Shown: one piece after another, positions 13,586 to 25,972 of the stretch
Layout: each line of letters begins with the position of its first letter
Numbering within the stretch: position 1 is the stretch's first letter
Source: the human T2T-CHM13v2.0 reference genome, Homo sapiens
Reading direction: 5' to 3' (one strand)
DNA length: 64,000 nucleotides
Assembly (NCBI RefSeq): GCF_009914755.1
Contig: NC_060937.1
Notes under the pieces: generated by a model
What the model saw: only the letters and a program-made list of their open reading frames with translations
Told to the model about the DNA's origin: nothing
Databases searched by the model: none
Made by a program: the position numbers and the translations under genes

Positions 13586-14105
13586 GTACCATCCTCCAAA
13601 CAGCCTCTCCTGAGAGCAGAGAGAGTAACTAGGCAGCACTCTGGCAGTTCCTTCCAATAGCCACCTGGCAGACCTCAGTTGAGGGCCAGAAGCATTCGGC
13701 ATCTGCTGATATTCTTGCTTGATCAGGAGCTTGTTTAAACTGGAAGCAACATAGCTCAAATGGAGATTCTTCAAGTCTTGCTGGATGGTTTATGCTGCAT
13801 TTGGAACATCTGTGTGGAGCCAGTTTGCACTTTCCTGTGCTTTCTGACAGTCCTGAGGGAGCTGGGGTACAAGCGTCTTCCTCGTTGTGACCCTAGGGAA
13901 TCTGTGGCCTAAGTTATCCTTTAAAACCATGTGTGTTCCATTCAGTGAGAAAAAACAAAAATTAACAGCTCTGGTTTCAGGGTGTCTTTTCTCCCCGTTA
14001 TTTTTTAAAAATAATATGGAAGAGATATTTTTCTGCTATTTCAGAAATGCCCCCCAAGGTCTCTGGCAGATTCAATATGTTACTGTTTTCCATGGTCTTT
14101 TAAAT

Positions 14106-14466
14106 TGTATTAGTCCATTTTCATCCTGCTGTGAAGACATACCTGAGACTGGGTAATTTATGAAGGAAGGAGGTTTAATGGACTCACAGTTCCACATGGC
14201 TGGGGAGGCCTCACAATCATGGCGGAAGGCATGAGGAGCAAAGGCACGTCTTACATGGTGGCAGACAGGAGAGCGTGTGCAGGAGAACTTTCCTTTATAA
14301 AACCATCAGATATCGTGAGACTTAGTCACTATTACGAGAACAACATGGGAAAAAACCACCCCCATGACTCAATCACTGCCCACCAGGTCCCTCCCATGAT
14401 GCGTGGGGATCATAGGTGCTACAATTCAAGACGAGATTTGGGTGAGGACACAGCCAAACCCTATCA
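14106..14466 (-). mobile_element. THE1-type MaLR solo LTR
   Basis: TGTATTAGTCCATTTTCA...GGACACAGCCAAACCCTATCA, 361 bp, exact 5-bp TSD TAAAT at 14101-14105 and 14467-14471. Confidence 0.92.
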
Positions 14467-14922
14467 TAAATTAAAATTTTATTTTTCAGATAATTTTACA
14501 TCCATATGCAGTTGTAAGAAATAATAGATTCTGTGGGCCCTGATCCCATGTCCCTTAGTGGTGACACGCAAGAAACTGCAGTCCAGCATCACATCCAGTG
14601 TACTGATGTTGGTGCCGTTCACCCGTTCCCTTATTCAGATCACCCAGCTTTCCCTGCACTTACGTACATGTGTGTACATGACACGTGTATGTGTGTGTTC
14701 AATTCTGTGCAGTCTTCTCACATGCGTGTTTCCTGCATCCACCACCATAGCCAAGACCACTCACTTCCCTGCCTGGGATTCTGCAGGAATCCGTGCATCG
14801 GCCTCACTGCCCTCATCAGAATATTTAGCCATTCTGTGGGATCTTGACGGCTTGGATCCAAAAGTAATCACTGTAGGTGATTAAGGACGATGATAAAAAG
14901 GCAAACTTCTGAGTTGGTTGTA

Positions 14923-15151
14923 CATCTTTAATAAATCTAAAGAAAATGGGAATAAATCTAAGAAAATGGGAGAAGATATACTGTTCTAGACATGTGTCTG
15001 AAAGGAATCCTGCAAATTCTGTCTTATTGAACAGGCATCTTTAATAAATCTAAAGAAAATGGGAATAAATCTAAGAAAATGGGAGAAGATATACTGTTCT
15101 AGACATGTGTCTGAAAGGAATCCTGCAAATTCTGTCTTATTGAACAGGCAT
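14923..15151. repeat. 113-bp direct tandem duplication (2 copies)
   Basis: CATCTTTAATAAATCTAA...TTATTGAACAGG at 14923 and 15036. Confidence 0.93.
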
Positions 15152-15277
15152 AAGGTGTCACGTCAGGCGTAAGGTGTCACAGCAGGCGTAAGGCGTCACG
15201 TCAGGCGTAAGGTGTCACAGCAGGCGTAAGGCATCACGTCAGGCGTAAGGCGTCACGTCAGGCGTAAGGTGTCACAA
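15145..15277. repeat. 19-bp minisatellite x7 (CAGGCGTAAGGTGTCACGT)
   Basis: Seven consecutive near-identical units read directly. Confidence 0.93.
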
Positions 15278-15610
15278 GCTCGGTGAACGTCAGGGGTGTG
15301 CCTTGTGTTCTCTGTTCGTTGCTTTCAGAAGCAGCAGCATGTGGCAGCATCTCTGTGCCTATGACGATATTGCAGTGAATATGAGAGAGAAAATATCTGA
15401 GCAAAAGTTAGCCAAGGACATGAGTGGGTAGTGAAATGCTGGTTGTGATGAACATGCCACATTTGTGGCCAGAGCACAAACTTGATGTTTACTGGCCGTG
15501 CACATCTTATCCCATGAAGACAACGTCCAGGGATGGCCACCCCAGAGCCTGGGGGAGGTGCCGGGCCCTGATTCTCGAGGACACACGCTGTGCACCTTTC
15601 TCCTCACCAG

Positions 15611-15746
15611 GGACGTCGCCAAGAATGCCCTGCTGCGCTGGCGCGTGTTCATCTACTGGACGCTCCTGGGACTGTTTGACGCACTGGTGTTCTTCTTTGG
15701 TGCTTATTTCGTGTTTGAAAATACAACTGTGACAAGCAACGGGCAG
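15611..15746 (+). CDS. ATP11A: ATP11A coding exon (~exon 25), DVAKNALLRWRVFIYW...FENTTVTSNGQ (TM7)
   Basis: ctcaccag|G acceptor, CAG|gtcagt donor; 136 nt, phase 2->0. Confidence 0.97.
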
Positions 15747-15828
15747 GTCAGTACAGAGCTCGATTGCGCTGACTTAGCTGCTTAGGAATAAAGCCTCCCA
15801 AGCCCATATGATGATTTTGCCAAAGCAG

Positions 15829-18637
15829 AATTCAGTGCAGCCCATGCAGCTTCCCAGCGGGGTCCATCACCACCTGCGCAGTAATTCAGTGCAGGCCACG
15901 CAGCTTCCCAGCGGGGTCCATCACCACATGTGCCGTAATTCAGTGCAGCCCGTGCAGCTTCCCAGCAGGGTCCATCACCACCTGCGCAGTAATTCAGTGC
16001 AGCCCATGCAGTTTCCCAGCGGGGTCCATCACCACGTGCACAGTAATTCAGTGCAGCCCATGCAGCTTCCCAGCGGGGTCCATCACCACCTGCGCAGTAA
16101 TTCAGTGCAGGCCACGCAGCTTCCCAGCGGGATCCATCACCACGTGCACAGTAATTGAGTGCAGCCCATGCAGCTTCCCAGCGGGGTCCATCACCACCTG
16201 TGCAGTAGTTCAGTGCGGCCCATGCAGCTTCCCAGCAGGGTCCATCACCACCTGCACAGTAATTCAGCGTAGCACATGCAGTTTCCCAGCGGGGTCCATC
16301 ACCACCTGCACAGTAATTCAGTGCAGCCCATGCAGCTTCCCAGCGGGGTCCATCACCACCTGCACAGTAATTCAGTGCAGCCCATGCAGCTTCCCAGCGG
16401 GGTCCATCACCACCTGCGCAGTAATTCAGTGCAAACCATGCAGCTTCCCAGCGGGGTCCATCACCACCTGCGCAGTAATTCAGTGCAGCCCATGCAGCTT
16501 CCCAGCGGGGTCCATCACCACCTGCGCAGTAATTCAGTGCGGCCCATGCAGCTTCCCAGCGGGGTCCATCACCACCTGCGCAGTAATTCAGTGCAGGCCC
16601 TGCAGCTTCCCAGCGGGGTCCATCACCACCTGCGCAGTAATTCAGTGCAGCCCATGCAGCTTCCCAGCGGGGTCCATCACCACGTGCGCAATAATTCAGC
16701 ATAGCACGTGCAGCTTCCCAGCGGGATCCATCACCACATGGGCAGTAATTCAGTGCGGCCCATGCAGCTTCTCAGCGGGGTCCATCACCACCTGCACAGT
16801 AATTCAGTGCAGCCCATGCAGCTTCCCAGCGGGATCCATCACCACCTGCGCAGTAATTCAGTGCAGGCCTGCGCAGCTTCCCAGCGGGGTCCATCACCAC
16901 CTGCGCAGTAATTCAGTGCAGCCCATGCAGCTTCTCAGCAGGGTCCATCACCACCTGCACAGTAATTCAGTGCAGGCCATGCAGCTTCTCAGCGGGGTCC
17001 ATCACCACCTGCGCAGTAATTCAGTGCGGCCCATGCAGCTTCCCAGCGGGGTCCATCACCACCTGCGCAGTAATTCAGTGCAGCACGTGCAGCTTCCCAG
17101 CGGGGTCCATCACCACCTGCGCAGTAATTCAGTGCGGCCCATGCAGCTTCCCAGCGGGGTCCATCACCACGTGCACAGTAATTCAGTGCAGCACGTGCAG
17201 CTTCTCAGCAGGGTCCATCACCACCTGCACAGTAATTCAGTGCAGGCCATGCAGCTTCTCAGCGGGGTCCATCACCACCTGCGCAGTAATTCAGTGCAGC
17301 ACGTGCAGCTTCCCAGCGGGGTCCATCACCACCTGCGCAGTAATTCAGTGCAGCACGTGCAGCTTCCCAGCGGGGTCCATCACCACATGGGCAGTAATTC
17401 AGTGCGGCCCATGCAGCTTCCCAGCGGGGTCCATCACCACCTGCGCAGTAATTCAGTGCGGCCCATGCAGCTTCCCAGCGGGGTCCATCACCACATGGGC
17501 AGTAATTCAGTGCAGGCCATGCAGCTTCCCAGCGGGGATCATCACCACGTGCGCCATAATTCAGCGTAGCGCGTGCAGCTTCCCAGCGGGATCCATCACC
17601 ACATGGGCAGTAATTCAGTGCAGCCCATGCAGCTTCCCAGCGGGGTCCATCACCACATGCGCAGTAATTCAGTGCAGCCCGTGCAGCTTCCCAGCGGGGT
17701 CCATCACCACCTGCGCAGTAATTCAGTGCGGCCCATGCAGCTTCCCAGCGGGGTCCATCACCACCTGCACAGTAATTCAGTGCGGCCCATGCAGCTTCCC
17801 AGCGGGGTCCATCACCACATGGGCAGTAATTCAGTGCGGCCCATGCAGCTTCCCAGCGGGGTCCATCACCACCTGCGCAGTAATTCAGTGCAGCACGTGC
17901 AGCTTCCCAGCGGGGTCCATCACCACCTGCACAGTAATTCAGTGCGGCCCATGCAGCTTCTCAGCGGGGTCCATCACCACCTGCGCAGTAATTCAGTGCA
18001 GCCCATGCAGCTTCCCAGCGGGATCCATCACCACCTGCGCAGTAATTCAGTGCAGGCCTGCGCAGCTTCCCAGCGGGGTCCATCACCACCTGCGCAGTAA
18101 TTCAGTGCGGCCCATGCAGCTTCTCAGCAGGGTCCATCACCACCTGCACAGTAATTCAGTGCAGCCCGCGCAGCTTCCCAGTGGGGACCATCACCACGTG
18201 CGCAATAATTCAGCGTAGCACGTGCAGCTTCCCAGCGGGATCCATCACCACATGGGCAGTAATTCAGTGCAGCCCATGCAGCTTCCCAGCGGGGTCCATC
18301 ACCACCTGCGCAGTAATTCAGTGCAGGCCCGCGCAGCTTCCCAGCGGGGTCCATCACCACCTGCGCAGTAATTCAGTGCAGCACGTGCAGCTTCCCAGCG
18401 GGATCCATCACCACATGGGCAGTAATTCAGTGCGGCCCATGCAGCTTCCCAGCGGGGTCCATCACCACCTGCGCAGTAATTCAGTGCAGCCCGTGCAGCT
18501 TCCCAGCGGGGTCCATCACCACATGTGCAGTAATTCAGTGCAGGCCATGCAGCTTCTCAGCGGGGTCCATCACCACATGTGCAGTAATTCAGTGCAGGCC
18601 ATGCAGCTTCTCAGCGGGGTCCATCACCACATGTGCA
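15829..18637. repeat. 54-bp VNTR, ~52 copies (AGTAATTCAGTGCAGCCCATGCAGCTTCCCAGCGGGGTCCATCACCACCTGCGC)
   Basis: Direct reading; the ORF track shows 18-aa periodicity on both strands. Confidence 0.97.
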
Positions 18638-18691
18638 TAGCTCTGGGTCACTTTAAAGATCGCATTACCTGAGTGCTCAGTGTTGCTGTAA

Positions 18692-19022
<331 letters not shown>

Positions 19023-19317
19023 GCCTGCTGAGGTTTTCAGACTTTATCTCTGTAACTAACAGTTCACCATCAGTTTGTTACCTAGTGGTACCATTATACC
19101 ATTTAGACATTGCATTTTTGATGTGGGAATGAATTCCACGTTGAGCCCGTGTTAGATTTCCCCGAGTACCATACTTAGTCGTCTTCCTCTGTGATGAGTA
19201 GATTTGTAGTTTTCTAGCGGACATTCACTCTCTGGTTGTTTGCCTAACCCCTGGGGGTTTGTTTTATTTGTATCTTGCTTTTTTCTTTTTGCCACTGGCG
19301 TCCCTTCCCACCCTCAG

Positions 19318-19341
19318 ATAATGACTACCAACACACATATG
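19318..19341 (+). CDS. ATP11A: Candidate 24-nt alternative microexon of ATP11A encoding IMTTNTHM
   Basis: CTAAC branch (19244-19248), long U-rich tract, ccctcag|ATAATGACTACCAACACACATATG|gtaaga; phase 0-0, no stop, fits between ...SNGQ and IFGNW... Confidence 0.75.
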
Positions 19342-21898
19342 GTAAGACAATCATGGGTTTGTCGTTTCTCTGTGTTTTTGGAGTGCATTACAAATGAAAT
19401 ATTTCTCGAAAATATTTTCAAACGTGAATTCCTGTGTGCTTTGTCGGTAGAAACGCTGTTAGCCGCTGCTGCCCCACACACCCCAGAGCTAGCTCTGTGT
19501 TAGAAGGGTGTGTGCGCCTCCTGACGCACATCCTTGCTGTGTTCCCTCGGTTGCCATGTCAGGGTGGCCCATTGAGCCAGGGATGTTTTCCGAATTGACT
19601 GGATTCATGGGAGCTTCCCTCGATTTTAAATTAAAGGCAGCACAGGCATGTGTGGGAGGCCCGGTGGGGCCCTGTGCTTCCTGAGAGAGCCACACCAGGC
19701 ATTCGGTAGATGTCAGAGACCATCCCTGCTTAAATGCCTCAGGTATTTAACTAGCCGTACAAGCAGACACCAGCGCTGACCTCGGAGAAAGTCCCTCTTC
19801 AGCAGCCCCTTCTGGGTGACTTCTAAACAGAAATCGGCTTCGTTCCTTGTTTAGCCTGACCTCTCTCTCCCTGTGTGTTTGTCCCTCAGACTGCTGGGTT
19901 CAAACACAAAAGTCCTGCTATGTGTCCTGTGCACCATTTACCTGCTTTAGTCGTTTTCATTCCTCTTTACTAAACACTGCTGTTATCCTTCGTCATCACT
20001 TAAATCAGTTTTTACCAGGTCTATCTTGAGAACCAATTCAAATATTATTTCACTGTTTTAAAAGCTTTAAGTTTTCTAGAACTTATTCTTTGTCTTCATT
20101 TATTTTAATTGAATAATTCCTGAATGCCACCAGGCCATGAACGTCATCAAACAGAGCTACCTGTTGATTCTTTTGTATCTTTTATGAGATTTTCTTCCGA
20201 GTTGGGCTTACGTAAGCATCTCGCGTAGCCCTTAGAGAGAACTAAGAGGTAGTGTCCTGAGCACTGAGATTCCAGGCTCCTGGCGGCTGCCAATGGCAAT
20301 AGCAAGTCCCCTTTTTCCCACACTTGATTTTCCAGTTTTCTCTCACAAACACCACCCTGGTTCACTACAACCACCCTATCAGCTGGACGTTCAGATCATG
20401 TGAAAGCTGAGGAAAGAGAAGTTCGGACAGACTAGACACCCTGTGCGGTGTCAGCTCCCGAGAGGCAGGGCCTGGGTCATACCCGGACGTCCGGCTCCAG
20501 ACTTCATGGTGTTGCCCAGTGCGGCCTCTGGGTTGCTCTAGTTCCAAATTTCAGCGTGAATGTGAACGTGCCTCCCAAGAGCCCCCGGAGATGGACTTCA
20601 GGGGCAAGGACACGGGCGCCACTGTCCTAGGAGGGCAGCCCGGCTGTGCTCCTGAATGAGGTGCTGGCAACGCAGTGCCAGGGGCTTCTCTCAGCCTTCC
20701 TGGCAGGGTCTCTGCAGCGTCTCCGCCTTCTCGGATCCCTGGACCCCTGGCGTGTCCGCAGTCAGCTGCACCTGGTGGTCAGTGGGCACTGTGGCTCTGC
20801 TGCCTTCCTGGGATCCGAGGATTTCTACTAGCTCCTGTTTCCTGGTCTCTTCCGGCTGTACCCTCCAGCCCCTGGCTATGTCCTGGAAGGTACCTTGAGC
20901 CCCCACGGAACCCGCGTGCAGCCCCGGGGTGATGCCAGCACTCAGGGAACTTGGGGGCAGTCCTAGTGGCTGACAGCCCTCTTGGTCCTTACGTAGCAAT
21001 TTGGGGTTGGGGTGCTCACCCCTGAGAATCTCCCTTCCAACCAGGATACTCCCAACGGGGTTACAGTTCAGAGGCCCTCTGGGATTGATTGTTCTTGGGT
21101 GAGAGCTACTTTGTTTTAAAGACCTAAATTATTCTATAGGAATATCTATAGATCCTGTGTAGGATTGGAGGAACAATAGAATTATGGACATCTCTTTCAA
21201 AAGTTCACCAATGGAGCATTTTCTGCACTGACATCGTAAGCCATAGTAACTTCTCATTTTGATGCCACAAATGAGAATGCGAAGACAACAGTTATTTGTT
21301 GAACAGCAAGACATTCCTAAGTGAACGGTTAAAAGCTCGGAACGTGCTTTGATAGACGTAGGATGCGATGAGAGCAGCTGAAACACGAGCGGTCCGCGTA
21401 TGGGCCAGGTGGGAGGCAGAGGGATCTGCACAGGGAGGGGAGGCAGTGGATGCCACTCATGACCGTGACCTTGAGAAGGCGCAAGTTATGCTGGCCGTGG
21501 ATGTTTTTATACATCAGAGTTAAATGGGTCTGGTCTGAGGACTTTTTGAGCAGAAAGCTTCTATAGGAATACCCATTCTCAAAGGAGGGAGGAAGTGGGG
21601 GCATGGGGCTTAGCCTGCAGTGGTGGAGGGTGGCCAGCCCCAGAGGCAGATCTGCTGAAGGAGTGAGGCTTTCGCACTGGTCAGGTTCTTGGCTGAGATG
21701 TGCCTGTCACATGAGGACAGGGTTCCACAGAAATCAGAAACAGGAGCTTCACTGGGGATGGCGTTGATGTCACTTGGAAGAAAAGGGTCCCTGTGAAAAG
21801 CCCTTTGAAAAAGGAGATTGGTATCCCAGGGATGCCTGCCACCCCCAGAATCTGATGGAAATAACGACCAGCAATTGTAGTAATAAACTATCCGCACA

Positions 21899-22279
21899 TG
21901 TTAGTCCATTTTCACATGGCTCTGAAGAGCTACCTGAGACAGGGTGATTTAGGAAGAAAAGAGGTTTAATCGAGCCACAGTTCTGCAGGCTGCATAGGAA
22001 GCATCGCTGGGGAGGCCTCAGGAAACTTACAATCATGGCGGAAGGCAAAGGGGAAGCAAGGCCCTTCTTTACAAGGCTGCAGGAGAGAGAGAGCAAAGGG
22101 GAAAATGCTACACACTTTGAAACAACCAGATCTCATGAGAACTCACTCGCCCACCGTCAACGAGATCTGCAAGGAGGACGTCCATGATTCAGTCACCTCC
22201 CACCAGGCTCTCCCTCCAACACACGGGGATTATAATTTGAGATGAGATTTGGGTGAGGACACAAAGCCAAACCACATCA
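21899..22279 (-). mobile_element. MSTA-type MaLR solo LTR
   Basis: TGTTAGTCCATTTTCACA..GGGGAGGCCTCAGGAAACTTACAATCATGGCGGAAGG..GAGATTTGGGTGAGGACACAAAGCCAAACCACATCA. Confidence 0.88.
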
Positions 22280-23059
22280 TGGCAGTTCACCTGGGGGCCC
22301 CACTTCAGGCCACCAAGGGAATAAGAGGGCTTTCCAGAGATGCGTTTCAGGATAGCTCCACAGTGGACTAGCTTCCAAAGGACGTGGACACAGGTTAGTA
22401 ATGGGTCAGCGTTTCTCAGGGGCCCTGACCAAGGTGCCTGATTCTGGATTCACGATAGCTGTGCTTTGTTCCTCACCTATAAAGCTTACAGCTGTGGCCC
22501 ATGTGCTCTGCAGGACCAGGCATCCTGAGGCCTAACTCCTTATCCCAGTTCTGCCATTACCCTCTAAACCCAGGGAGCCCCAGCTGGGAGCTTAGAAAGG
22601 CAGCTTCTCGGCTCACAGCAGGGAGAGGGGACAGTGAGGAGGCCGTGTGAGTTGACTGCAGTTATCACCTGTGGCGCTGTTGGTGACACACACTGCTTCA
22701 CAGGGCACCCTTGAGTTCATGTCTTGCTGCCATCTAACTCTTTCAGAGTTCTGTGTTGGGATGGCCAAGGTGAGGCCTGGGGGAGGAAGAGGAGAGCTGG
22801 GCAGCGTCAGGGGCTTTTCCTCCAGGCCCAGCTGATGTGGTTGTCTGGGTGCAAAGCCGCCCTCAGCTGCTGTGGAGGCACCACTTGGCTGAAAGCATCA
22901 GCTTCCAGTTACAGCACAGCAGCCTCCCGCCCTCCAGCACCTTGCTGGCCACATGTGCTTGTAGGCTGCTGCCAAGCCACAGCTGTTCCTAGAGGCATGA
23001 TATTTTCCTGCCCCAGAAGTTAAGCCACAAAGAGACGGCACTTTTTGGTGAGTGTGAAA

Positions 23060-23241
23060 CAGGCTTCTCACCCGGGCTCTGCTGACATTGGGGCCAGATG
23101 TACATCCTCGTGGGCCACTGTCGTGTGCACTCAGCAGCCCCTCCACCCCCCCATCCAAAGCTAGCAGACCCCACGCCCCAGAAATGTCTCCACCACGGCC
23201 AGGTGTCCCTGGGGGCAAGGCTGCCCCAGCCGAGAACCACA
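23060..23241 (-). mobile_element. MER20 (hAT-Charlie) relic
   Basis: Reverse complement GTGGTTCTCGGCTGGGGCAGCCTTGCCCCCAGGGACACCTGGCCGTGGTGGAGACATTTCTGG resembles the MER20 5' end. Confidence 0.6.
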
Positions 23242-23528
23242 AGCATGTGTAGATCTGAGTGACACTGTAGGCCAGGCATTTCCAAGCCAGAAGGAGGAGG
23301 CCCACTTCTGATCACAATGAGGAAGTGAGGGAAAAACTGAAGGATGTGTTGATGGGGGCCCCTAAGAAGCGGTGTTCACTACAAAAGGTCCTAACACTTT
23401 TTTCTATAATCTACAAATGAGATGTTATCCTGTTATCCCACTGACCATGTGGGAGGACTGTAGCCCACACCCTCCCTCAGCTAAATCAAGGGGTATGGTG
23501 ATGGGTGTGTTGTTTTGGTTGAAACTGA

Positions 23529-23846
<318 letters not shown>

Positions 23847-24904
23847 CGCTTTTTAATTCTTTATAAAATAAAATTCCCTGCGAGGTGCAGTTCATGGAAT
23901 CCGATAAACTAGAAATCGTCTGGGCCACAGCGCAGGAGCGTCCCAAAGGAAAGCAGGTTCTCCCGAAACAAGTTTCCAGTCGGGGGTTTTCCCCAAGGCG
24001 GGGGGTGGTCTGGGCAGCAGCCCTTTCTGGCCTGTGCCTCGTGCGGTAGAGAGGCGTGCTGTCCTCACGGGTCGGGCACGCGGTCCTCACGGGTGTGTCT
24101 GTGTCTGTGCTGCGTTGCCAGCTGGCAGCTCGTGGGTCCCACTGACCTTCCCTCCTCCACGGCCACCTGGGCACCACTGCTGGCGGATCTGTGGTTCTGG
24201 CCGCACGCGGGGCAGCCTCTGTCCAGCCCTGTCCTGTCTGCCGGCTTGTCTTCTCTGTCCTGAGGGAGGTTCCCCGAGGGAAGCCCCCAGGCTTCCCCCT
24301 CTGCATGGGTGCCTGGGGTGTTTCCTCTGCATTTACTCGCAGAACGTTCCCGCCGCTGTTCTTCAACAGCAGGCAGGAGTCTGAGCTGAGTTCAGAAGGG
24401 AACAGACACAGTCTGTGAGTTTGTTCCTGAAACCCGTGGAATGTAGCTGGGTACTCAGGCAACTGTCTTTTCTATGTAAAACACAAAACAGAAAAAGGAG
24501 GTTTGCGTGTACCCGAGTTTGCATTATGGATATTTAAATGCCAGCTGTGAGGGAGTTTTTGTGCTCAGTTTGAGACCTTGGGACGTCTGTTGTGGCTGAG
24601 AGCATTGAGCAGGGCCAGCGTCAGGAGCGGGCAGCAAGTTGCAGATAGGCAGGCTCTGAGCCCATCACCAAGCCACAGAACTGGTGGTGGGAGATGCAGC
24701 CGGGAAATGGGGGCGTCCTGCCGTGCTCTGGGGAGTTGCTGCATCTTCTTTTACGGGATAATAAGAAAATATAGTGCTTATATCTTTGGGGTTTGAAGTG
24801 TTGGCACGCAAGAAAAATGAGGTGTATTTTCTAAAACTCTTGATTGTGAAAGAGAAAAAAAAATACATAAAAACGAGATGACTTGGACTATTTTCCCCAA
24901 ACAG

Positions 24905-24970
24905 ATATTTGGAAACTGGACATTTGGAACGCTGGTATTCACCGTGATGGTGTTCACAGTTACACTAAAG
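24905..24970 (+). CDS. ATP11A: ATP11A coding exon (~exon 26), IFGNWTFGTLVFTVMVFTVTLK (TM8)
   Basis: aaacag|ATA acceptor, AAG|gtaagt donor; 66 nt, phase 0->0. Confidence 0.96.
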
Positions 24971-25443
24971 GTAAGTGGTCTCGCGCTCACGTTCCTCCCC
25001 CAGCCACAGTGAACCCCTGCAGTGTAGGCCTCACGCGCTCTGAGCTCTCTGAATTATAACTCTGTACTGAGGCTGGAAGCCACTCTCCACCCAGCCTTGG
25101 CTGGCTCCTGGGGCACCCCTGGGCATCCTTGTCCTGCTGTTTAGACAAGTAATGCACAGCCACTCAGCACACCCGGCCACCCCATGTGCAAACCCCAGAG
25201 CTACACCGGAGGTAACCTCGGGAGCAAGCTGCTTCTTTGTGAAAGAATTCAGGCTAGAATTGTTTTCAGTGGCAAGTAGCCCTCCCCCCAGCGCCATCAA
25301 AATACACTTTAATTGAAACAAATTAATGTATTTTGAAAAATTTCACTCTTTAAAGTTCAGTGAAATTATATACAGAATATATCATTATGAAATCTCAAAA
25401 CCTATCAGACTGAGTCTTAAAAAGTGATACCAAAACATTCCTA

Positions 25444-25804
<361 letters not shown>

Positions 25805-25972
25805 TCAGTAGAGACATAAAGAACACCTTAATCTGAATGACTTTCTTCGGTGACGATATAAACAACACCTTGGTCTGTGGCCCGCATGCTGCCATCTGGG
25901 AAATACATCCATGGCTCCCTTACCTAGGACCCAGGGCTGTGGCGTCCCCACATTCTTCCTCTCCACGCACAC

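Noticed and set aside
15782-18672. Long His-rich (+) and NYCAGGDGPRWEAAW (-, 306 aa) repeat ORFs
   Set aside because: A 54-bp unit is a multiple of 3 and lacks stops in some frames; the ORFs are intronic, broken by indel units and have no promoter or splice support
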